Positions 18,267 to 25,524 of a stretch of 64,000 bases of DNA are shown in pieces; the first letter of the stretch is position 1, and each line of letters starts with the position of its first letter. The notes beneath the pieces were generated by a model. That model saw only the letters and a program-made list of their open reading frames with translations, was not told the origin of the DNA and did not search any database. The translations under genes and the position numbers were made by a program. This stretch comes from Candidatus Levyibacteriota bacterium (GTDB taxonomy: Bacteria; Patescibacteriota; Microgenomatia; Levybacterales; UBA12049): NCBI GenBank assembly GCA_043823085.1, contig JBDRBE010000002.1:19312-83311 (forward strand), given 5' to 3'.

Positions 18267-19424
18267 ATGGTAGAAGGATATCGTGCTGAAACAAGACTTG
18301 AAATAGGCGATGCTAATTTAGCCAGAACAGTTGAAGTTGAACCGGAACCAAAGACACCAGTTATCATAGTCGGTTTGGGCAAAATGGGAGGGGCTTTGGC
18401 TGAAGCGATAAGAAGTCGTCCAAATGATTATGTTTTATTCCCTTCTGCGCTTTCTTCAGAAAATCATGGGTTAATGGATCCAGTCAAGTTGGGCGGCGTG
18501 GAGACCCGATTAGTTTTTATTCCTCCTTCACATCATTTGCAAGAATTAAGAGCTGCAGTAAAATCTGGTGGGATTGCGGTTGATTTTGGGCCATCAACTG
18601 ATAGAAGAAAGCGGGTAGAGAATTATATTGAGGCAGGCATTTCTTTTGTCATGGGGGCAACAGGTCCGGATAACGAAGAACTGGTGAAAATGGTCGAAGG
18701 CAGCAAGGTTAGTGCTGTTATTGGACCTAATATGGCTGTGCAGGTAGTGGGCTTACAAGCGGAGCTTGGGAAATTTTCAGAAGTAAATGAAGGGATTTTG
18801 GGAGGAGCACGTCTAGATATTGTAGAAAGCCATCAGGAGTCAAAGGGAAAAAATACAAGCGGAACAGCTATGGATATAGTAGGCGACTTTAATAAATTAG
18901 GAATTCCTTTTTTAGTAAGTGAAATTAAAAAAATCAGGAAACCGGAAAAACAATTAAAGCTGGGAGTAGATGAGTCAAATCTTGGAGGACATGGTTGGCA
19001 TAGTTATATAGTGTCTAGCGACAAAGGCAATTCAGGGATAGATACTCTTTATCGAGAATTAGACAAATTTTTGCAGACTAATCGCGCGTTTGACGGATAT
19101 AGATCGTTGGGAGTAATACCTGCTCGACAGACAGGAGTTGCAGCAAGGCTGGATATTATAGAGAAGGAGATAGGGAAGCCGGGATTAATATTGGAAGCAG
19201 AAGGCTTAAAAGAATTTCATCGCATATCGCCTGACGCAAGCGCGTGTTTTTCGCTTTATTATGTTCAGGGTAAATTGCTTGCGCTTATGCATAATTTGAA
19301 TGGCAGACAATCATATATCGATGGAACATTTATGGCGCTTAGACATACGATGGAATTAAATAGTAAGGGAGTAAAAGGTCGAGCGGATACTATGGTTGAT
19401 GTTTATCGGGCGCAGGCGAAATAA
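18267..19424 (+). CDS. 4-hydroxy-tetrahydrodipicolinate reductase (DapB)-family protein with N- and C-terminal extensions
   Basis: Rossmann VIIVGLGKMGGALAEA. DapB-type IVESHQESKGKNTSGTAMDI (cf. E(A/S)HH..K.DAPSGTA). 385 aa, longer than canonical DapB. Noticeably higher GC than neighbouring genes. Confidence 0.55.
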   Translation: MVEGYRAETRLEIGDANLARTVEVEPEPKTPVIIVGLGKMGGALAEAIRSRPNDYVLFPSALSSENHGLMDPVKLGGVETRLVFIPPSHHLQELRAAVKSGGIAVDFGPSTDRRKRVENYIEAGISFVMGATGPDNEELVKMVEGSKVSAVIGPNMAVQVVGLQAELGKFSEVNEGILGGARLDIVESHQESKGKNTSGTAMDIVGDFNKLGIPFLVSEIKKIRKPEKQLKLGVDESNLGGHGWHSYIVSSDKGNSGIDTLYRELDKFLQTNRAFDGYRSLGVIPARQTGVAARLDIIEKEIGKPGLILEAEGLKEFHRISPDASACFSLYYVQGKLLALMHNLNGRQSYIDGTFMALRHTMELNSKGVKGRADTMVDVYRAQAK

Positions 19425-19475
19425 TCCTCTTTGCTTCAAAAGAAATAATCAGCTATTATAAATTTAACCAGTTGT

Positions 19476-19913
19476 TTGTTAAAATTTATGAAACCAGAAA
19501 ATAACTCGGGGAAAGGTCGGGAATTGTTCGGGAATAATAAAATATTCCCGAGTATTTCCCGAGTTATTACCGAAACCTCTTTAAAAAGGGCTATTTGGCT
19601 TTGGTTAATTATTCTAGTTATTACTTTAAATATAGCTTTCCTTATATGTATTGGTTTTGTTGGATTAAATATTTATCAAAACTTTCAGAAAAAAGAAAAA
19701 ATAGCCTTGGAGCGGCAAAAAATAGCCAAAGAGATAATCTATTGGAAAAACATAACTGACAAATACAGTGATTATCGCGATGGCTACTTTCAATTGGCGG
19801 TTTTGGAATATAAACTGGGAGATATTAAAGCCTCAAAGCAATACTTGGAGAAAACCTTAGAACTGGATCCTAATTTTGAAGAGGGAAGAAGGCTGGAAAA
19901 ATTAATAAAATAA
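19476..19913 (+). CDS. small membrane-anchored TPR-like protein (true start uncertain)
   Basis: TM helix (AIWLWLIILVITLNIAFLICIGFVGL) followed by TPR-like helices (YFQLAVLEYKLGDIKASKQYLEKTLELDPNFEEG). The first ~30 codons overlap a nested inverted-repeat structure. Confidence 0.5.
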   Translation: MLKFMKPENNSGKGRELFGNNKIFPSISRVITETSLKRAIWLWLIILVITLNIAFLICIGFVGLNIYQNFQKKEKIALERQKIAKEIIYWKNITDKYSDYRDGYFQLAVLEYKLGDIKASKQYLEKTLELDPNFEEGRRLEKLIK

Positions 19914-20027
19914 TTTTTCAGAATTTTCAATTTTAACTTTTCAATTTTCAATGAATTTCCAATGACATAAGTTTTAAAATTTAAAACATTTTGATTTCAT
20001 TTAAAATTTTAAATTTCAAATTTAGAT

Positions 20028-20777
20028 TTATTTGGTGGGTGTTTCTTGTGGTTTTTCAGCTGGCTTTTGCGCTTCAGGTTTGGTTTCTGCTGTTTCAGCT
20101 TCTTCTTTTGGTGCGCCTTCTTCAGCTTGTGCTCCTTCAACTGGTGGAGCCTCGGCTGCCGCCTCGGCCTTTGCCGCTTCGGCTTCGGCTTCTGCTTTCG
20201 CAGCCTCCTCTGCAGCTTCTTTGGTAACAAGTTCGGCAATTTTTACAACAACTTGTGCGGGATCGGTTAAAACCTCAATGTCTTTGGGAAGCTTCAAGTC
20301 TGCAACGGTTAATTGCTGGTCAACAGCGGCCAGACTCTCAACATTAACTTCTATATTTTCAGGAAGATCTTCAGGTAGGGCCTCGACTTCGATTTCAGAA
20401 AGCGGCTGGAGTAAAAGCCCGACTTTTTCGGAAACTGCCTTAGGCTCTCCGACAACAACAATTGAAACCATTGTTTTAACTTTTTCTTTTAAATTAACCT
20501 GATAAAAATCCGCGTGAATGGGGAGGCGGGAAAGGGAATCAACTTGGACATTGTGAATAAGAACGGGTCTGGTTTCTGTTCCGACTTCCAAATCCAAAAG
20601 TCCGGTTTGCCCGACTTCTTTAAAAGCTTTTTCGAAATCTTTTACAGCCACCTGAACAGACAAAGATTTAACAGCTTTGCCGTAAATGTTGGCCGGTAAA
20701 ATTCCTTCTCTGCGAAGTTTTTTTAACTGTTTGCCTGTAATCTTTCGCTTTTCAACAACTAATTTTTGCCGTTTCAT
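20028..20777 (-). CDS. rplY: 50S ribosomal protein L25/general stress protein Ctc with Ala/Glu/Lys-rich low-complexity C-terminal tail
   Basis: N-terminus MKRQKLVVEKRKITGKQLKKLRREGILPANIYGK fits the L25 family. The last ~70 aa are AEAEAAKAEAAAE...KPAEKPQETPTK. Confidence 0.8.
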   Translation of the reverse strand: MKRQKLVVEKRKITGKQLKKLRREGILPANIYGKAVKSLSVQVAVKDFEKAFKEVGQTGLLDLEVGTETRPVLIHNVQVDSLSRLPIHADFYQVNLKEKVKTMVSIVVVGEPKAVSEKVGLLLQPLSEIEVEALPEDLPENIEVNVESLAAVDQQLTVADLKLPKDIEVLTDPAQVVVKIAELVTKEAAEEAAKAEAEAEAAKAEAAAEAPPVEGAQAEEGAPKEEAETAETKPEAQKPAEKPQETPTK

Positions 20778-20866
20778 ACTTTGAATATTTTCGTGTTATC
20801 CTTGGACAAGCTCAGGATAATAAAAATAAATTATAGCCTATTTTTCTTTCTATAACAAGATGTATA

Positions 20867-21385
20867 ATGTTTATAATATTTATGATAGTTTTGGGGATTG
20901 ATCCCGGAACTGCCACAACAGGATACGGGGTGCTTAAAGTTTTAAAAAAAGGACAGCCTGTTCTTTTGGATTTTGGCTGGATAAAGACCGAAAAAAACGG
21001 TGAGCCAGGCAAACGACTGAATGTTATTTATAAAAATATATCAGCGCTTCTAAAAAAACATACGCCCGATGTTGTAGCGATAGAGCGGCTCTTTTTTTGC
21101 TCTAATGTAAAAACCGCTATGGCAGTTGGTCAGGCCTGTGGCGTGATATTTTTGGCTGTGTCACGGGCGAAAATCCCTATTTTTGAGTATGTTCCGGGGC
21201 AGATTAAACTTGTTGTTGGAGGTAATGGGAGGGCAGATAAAGAGGTAATGAAAAAAACCATCCGGGAAATTTTTAAAGTCCGTTCTCCAAACAAAAAGAA
21301 AACGCATTTTGATGACGTAGCAGATGCAATTGCAGTTGCCCTTTGCCATGCAAGATTGAATAAAAATAATGACCATTCTAATTAA
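20867..21385 (+). CDS. ruvC: crossover junction endodeoxyribonuclease RuvC
   Basis: MIVLGIDPGTATTGYGVL with catalytic Asp. 172 aa. Confidence 0.85.
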   Translation: MFIIFMIVLGIDPGTATTGYGVLKVLKKGQPVLLDFGWIKTEKNGEPGKRLNVIYKNISALLKKHTPDVVAIERLFFCSNVKTAMAVGQACGVIFLAVSRAKIPIFEYVPGQIKLVVGGNGRADKEVMKKTIREIFKVRSPNKKKTHFDDVADAIAVALCHARLNKNNDHSN

Positions 21386-21406
21386 TTCACTCAGACAAGA
21401 AGAGAT

Positions 21407-21877
21407 ATGATTACCTGCATTTTTGAAAATGGGGGGAAGGGGAGTCTAAGGCATGTTGTTGTACATGCGATTGTTGAAAAAAACGGAAAATTATTGCTTA
21501 CAAAAAGAGCTCCTGGTCTTTTGGAAGGGAGGAAATGGAGCATGCCATCGGGCTTTATGAATCGCGATGAAACTGCGGCAGAATGTATTGTTCGGGAAGT
21601 AAAAGAGGAAACAGGATGGGATAGCGAGGTAATAACATTGTTTCGCATAAATACTAATCCAAACCGACCGCACGAAGACAGACAAAATATCGCAATAGAA
21701 TTTTTAGTCAGACCTATCCGGAAAAGTGGCAAACCAGATAAGGAATCATCAAAAGTTGAATGGGTGCCAATTGATAAATTAATTCCGCTGGAAAATTTTG
21801 CCTTTGACCACGGGGAAACCATTGGTCTTTATTTAAAATACAGAAAGAAAAAATTCCCCCTACCGTTAATTGTTTAA
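21407..21877 (+). CDS. NUDIX hydrolase
   Basis: Nudix box GFMNRDETAAECIVREVKEETGW (G.5E.7REVKEETG). Confidence 0.8.
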   Translation: MITCIFENGGKGSLRHVVVHAIVEKNGKLLLTKRAPGLLEGRKWSMPSGFMNRDETAAECIVREVKEETGWDSEVITLFRINTNPNRPHEDRQNIAIEFLVRPIRKSGKPDKESSKVEWVPIDKLIPLENFAFDHGETIGLYLKYRKKKFPLPLIV

Positions 21878-21884
21878 TCATTTC

Positions 21885-21909
21885 TTGTTACACCTCGGGG
21901 GTGTAACAA
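21885..21909. repeat. 24-25 nt perfect palindrome/hairpin ttgttacacc-tcggg-ggtgtaacaa, copy 1
   Basis: 10-bp stem, 5-nt loop. The identical sequence recurs at 25497-25520. Confidence 0.85.
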
Positions 21910-21966
21910 CCTGTAACAGCCAAAAACCAAGTTGCCCCCGCAGAAATTTTGTGATATGGTAAATGT

Positions 21967-22206
21967 GTGAGTAAAAAAAGTTTTGTAATAATTTTGGGGA
22001 TGAGTGTGGGAATGACAATAGCGATTCCTTTAGTAGGATTTTTATCACAGTTTTATCAAATTATGTCTGGATGGCCTTTTGCTTTCACCAATTTTTCTTT
22101 TTTAGGGAGTACCACAAATTACACCATGCTTTTGCTTAACGTAATTTTTTGGTTTGTTGTTTTATTTGTAATCTGGAAGGTATTTCAGTTAATACTAAAA
22201 AAATAG
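21967..22206 (+). CDS. small two-TM membrane protein
   Basis: 79 aa with two hydrophobic helices. Lies between the palindrome and the lipase gene. Confidence 0.45.
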   Translation: MSKKSFVIILGMSVGMTIAIPLVGFLSQFYQIMSGWPFAFTNFSFLGSTTNYTMLLLNVIFWFVVLFVIWKVFQLILKK

Positions 22207-22207
22207 G

Positions 22208-25200
22208 CTATTTTTTACCTTGATCATGGGGAACAATAACTTGTGTCGTTGCTAAAGCCTGATTCCCTGCGAAGTCCGTACTGGTTGCTCTGATTTCATA
22301 AATTCTGCCATCTTTATCATCTCCATCTCTCCGTGCCTCCAATTTAATCGTCTGGCCAAAATCAGAAATTAATGGCATTGGTGTTTGATACTCATCGGTA
22401 ACAGTAAAAGTTTTTGATGCAATGCCGGATAAACTATCTTTAATACTTCCGTTAATAGTTACATCGACCATTTTTTTATTTACCGGCCAAAGCTGATTGG
22501 GATTAGCAGACAGAGTTATTACGGGTGCGGTTTTATCAATTTTAATTTCCAATTCTTGCGGTATTTCTTCATTGCCGGCATTGTCGGTGGATTTAAATTT
22601 TAATTTATTTACCCCTTCGGTAGAGATTGTAAATGAAGTGGTATAAGTTTGAATTGTTTGGCCGTTATCCAAACTGTATTCGGTTTTTTGTACTCCGGAT
22701 CCGTTAGCTTCGTCTGTAGCTATAAGTTCTACTTTAACATTACTACTAAACCAATCATTTTGTCCTTTTGTGCCGGTTAAATTAACTGTAGTTTTAGGTG
22801 GAATTTGATCATAATTTGCGTTTCCTTCCAAGACAGTAGTGGAATTTACTTCTCTATCAATAGTGCCATTGCCGTCACTATCAACTGCTAAAATAGGAGG
22901 TTCACTAGAAGTGGTATCAAAAGTTGTTTCGGCTTTAGTGTTTTGCATTAATAGCACATTTTTATATAATATTGTTTTGTCATTAACATCATTGTTATAA
23001 TTTCTGATTTTAAAATCAAAACTTCCCTGGCCAGTCGCTTCAAATTTAATAGTATATTGCCCGTCATCCGGCAACCAGATAAATTTAGCATCTCCTAAAG
23101 TTTCGTAAGATGATCCGGGAATATTAGCTTCAAAATCTCCATTTGGTAAAGGTCCCGTATGATTACCGCTTGCATCATAAGCATTGATTAAAATTGGAGA
23201 ATGGACGGATAAAGTATTGCCCGAAAAAGAAAAAGGACCATTAGAAATTCCGGCAGGAATATTATCATCATTATTCAAGATATTTTTTGCTAAATTTAAA
23301 GCTGGGCCGTTAAAAACCAAATTTGAATGATTTTGATTGGTGTAATAGATTTTGGATGAGCCGGCTAATGATTTTGCGCCGTCAACCAATGAAGCGCTGT
23401 AAAGCGGTACGGTGTCATCGCCATTAATATTTCTCATGTCAGTTTTAGGGATTTTAATACCGGCAAAATTTACAGCATAGTCCTCAATAATTTGTCCTAA
23501 TGTTGAGTTACCTGACCCGGCAACATTGGTAACGTCAACACCATTTGTATTGCCAAGATTATCATCTAATTGATGAAATGCTTCTGCAGGATTGAATAGA
23601 GCAGTATTGTAATTTAAATTAGCAAGCATGGTTTTTATTTGCTGATAATTTAAAAATCCGACAACTCCATTATTATCAATATCTCGGTTATCGATAAAAG
23701 GCAGAGGATGGTTATTATCAGAACCGTTATAGAATTCATAATATTTTTGAGAGGGTGCTAGTTCATAGCCGCTGATTGAATTTTGAACGACATCTTGTAT
23801 CTCCGATTCTGCAATAGAGAGACAGAATGGGCCAACTTCCAAAAAAAGACAATCACCAGAGCGTAATGCTTTTAAAAATCTAGGCGATCCTAAATTTGGT
23901 GTTCCTAATGTAATTAATTTTCTAACCTTTTGAGCCCTTGCTGAATCAGTAATATAATTTCTGGCTACCAGCCCTCCCAAGCTGTGCGCGACAATATCAA
24001 CTTTTGCGCTTCCTGTTTGTTGTTTAATTTGCTCAATTTTTTGGTCTAAAAGCGGAGCAGTTTCCGAGACATCCTTTCTCCAATCATATGGAAAAACAAA
24101 TAAATCTTGATTCAATGTGTAACCATTGGAAGTAAAAAAATTAATAGCCGATCCATAAGCACCATCATAAACATTCCCAGTTAGCACTAAATTAGCTTCC
24201 GAAGTTTGCCCGTCAGGTTGCATCCTTAAAACATCAAAATAATCATCGTTTCCAGGCTTAATGGCTTCTATATTATTTACCCAAACGTTTTCTCCAGAAG
24301 AATAATTATGAGTAAACGTTCCTCCATGACCATCTGGTTTTGACCAATTCACCGCCTCAGTTGTCTTAAGCTCCGATCCTCCAATGCCCGGAATAAATAT
24401 CAATGGTGTTTTGGACGGAGTAGGAGTTGGGGTTGGACTTGGGCTGGGGCTGGGGGTCGGGGTTGGTGTTGGGGCGTAATAAATCAAATATAACGGACCA
24501 ATTGTTTTTCCTCTGCCACAATAGTTGCTAAATCTGATAGAGACAATATTAACTTCTATATATGGTACAAGAATATCAGTGATGTCTTGCGGAGGCATTT
24601 GGATGAGCGGGGTTGAACATTGCCAAGAGCCATAAGCATCAAAAGTAAAGTATTTATCATATGGCCCCATGATTGATATAAAGATAGAATCGCCGATATC
24701 GGCCAGTCCTGTTCCATCAGGGTTTCGGCTGATAATAGCTCGTCCTCCTGCCCGAAAAGGAACAGGAATATTTCTGTAAAACACAGCTCTTCCCCAAATC
24801 TCTTCGCCATCTGCAACCATAAATCCTTTTGTAATAAGGTAGCTGGTTACTCCCGGTATTGGTGTGGGAGTTGGAGTTGGTTCGGCAATATGATAACGGA
24901 CATTAAAAAGCAAGGTATCAATATCGGTGTTTTTTATTCCTGCACTTTGCCAGAGTCTTATGAAAAACCCAGGGCTATTTAGCATTGCGCCTGTTACTTC
25001 TTTATTAGAATTTGTGTTTAGAAATGTAAAGGTAACAGAATTAATAGAATTAAAATATATGTCGGTATTATACTTGCATGAGAATGGAGATACCCTGCAC
25101 CAGTCAGAAGCAGCATAAAATTTAACCCCATTATTGTCTGTAAAATACATATTCCATTGCCAGCCAGACGTGTTTGTTCTAATTCTCATTTTAATTTGAA

Positions 25201-25450
25201 TATCATCAATGGTTCCATTTTCCGGAACATTAAAATCTGTAAACGTCGTATCGACATATTCATAGGTTGCATTAATCCAAGAGTTATAGTTGATGCCCTG
25301 ATCCCTCATGTTTTCGCAGGAACTTCCATTGGTAGCGCAAGTAGTTGGGAAACGAAATCCTGTCTCCTCTGCGTTTGCTTTTTTTACATCAAATGCAAAA
25401 AACAGAAGGAAGAAGAGGAAAATGCTGATAAGTTTCTGAAAATTGGGCAT
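22208..25450 (-). CDS. large secreted multidomain protein with LCAT-like alpha/beta-hydrolase (phospho)lipase domain, Pro/Thr linkers and C-terminal Ig-like repeats
   Basis: Start moved to M26 of the track ORF, which gives a clean signal peptide MPNFQKLISIFLFFLLFFAFDVKKANA. PTPTPTPIPG and PTPTPTPSPSPSPTPTPTPS linkers. LIFIPGIGGSEL and nucleophile elbow AHSLGG. The C-terminal third is beta-rich repeats. Confidence 0.7.
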   Translation of the reverse strand: MPNFQKLISIFLFFLLFFAFDVKKANAEETGFRFPTTCATNGSSCENMRDQGINYNSWINATYEYVDTTFTDFNVPENGTIDDIQIKMRIRTNTSGWQWNMYFTDNNGVKFYAASDWCRVSPFSCKYNTDIYFNSINSVTFTFLNTNSNKEVTGAMLNSPGFFIRLWQSAGIKNTDIDTLLFNVRYHIAEPTPTPTPIPGVTSYLITKGFMVADGEEIWGRAVFYRNIPVPFRAGGRAIISRNPDGTGLADIGDSIFISIMGPYDKYFTFDAYGSWQCSTPLIQMPPQDITDILVPYIEVNIVSIRFSNYCGRGKTIGPLYLIYYAPTPTPTPSPSPSPTPTPTPSKTPLIFIPGIGGSELKTTEAVNWSKPDGHGGTFTHNYSSGENVWVNNIEAIKPGNDDYFDVLRMQPDGQTSEANLVLTGNVYDGAYGSAINFFTSNGYTLNQDLFVFPYDWRKDVSETAPLLDQKIEQIKQQTGSAKVDIVAHSLGGLVARNYITDSARAQKVRKLITLGTPNLGSPRFLKALRSGDCLFLEVGPFCLSIAESEIQDVVQNSISGYELAPSQKYYEFYNGSDNNHPLPFIDNRDIDNNGVVGFLNYQQIKTMLANLNYNTALFNPAEAFHQLDDNLGNTNGVDVTNVAGSGNSTLGQIIEDYAVNFAGIKIPKTDMRNINGDDTVPLYSASLVDGAKSLAGSSKIYYTNQNHSNLVFNGPALNLAKNILNNDDNIPAGISNGPFSFSGNTLSVHSPILINAYDASGNHTGPLPNGDFEANIPGSSYETLGDAKFIWLPDDGQYTIKFEATGQGSFDFKIRNYNNDVNDKTILYKNVLLMQNTKAETTFDTTSSEPPILAVDSDGNGTIDREVNSTTVLEGNANYDQIPPKTTVNLTGTKGQNDWFSSNVKVELIATDEANGSGVQKTEYSLDNGQTIQTYTTSFTISTEGVNKLKFKSTDNAGNEEIPQELEIKIDKTAPVITLSANPNQLWPVNKKMVDVTINGSIKDSLSGIASKTFTVTDEYQTPMPLISDFGQTIKLEARRDGDDKDGRIYEIRATSTDFAGNQALATTQVIVPHDQGKK

Positions 25451-25496
25451 TAGAACTAGTGTAGTCAGCGGTTTTTTAAAATGCAACGGGGGAATA

Positions 25497-25520
25497 TTGT
25501 TACACCTCGGGGGTGTAACA
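25497..25520. repeat. 24-nt palindrome/hairpin, copy 2, between P-type ATPase stop and lipase start
   Basis: Identical to 21886-21909. Overlaps only the unlikely upstream extension of the lipase ORF. Confidence 0.85.
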
Positions 25521-25524
25521 TGCA

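Noticed and set aside
19914-20027. AT-rich tract with ttttcaatt repeats and a near-palindrome gttttaaaatttaaaac between convergent genes
   Set aside because: Consistent with a bidirectional terminator/AT-rich spacer. Repeats are short and degenerate, and no evidence of a gene or mobile element.
20032-20502. Long Ala/Ser/Gly-rich ORFs (156 aa, 74 aa, 78 aa) on the plus strand opposite rplY
   Set aside because: They are antisense mirrors of the GC-rich low-complexity tail of L25. There is no start context and composition-driven openness, so they are not called as genes.
21885-21909. Interpreting the 24-nt hairpins as rho-independent terminators
   Set aside because: No U-tract follows either copy on either strand. 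The second copy is within an operon between a stop and a start codon. Treated as a repeat element instead.
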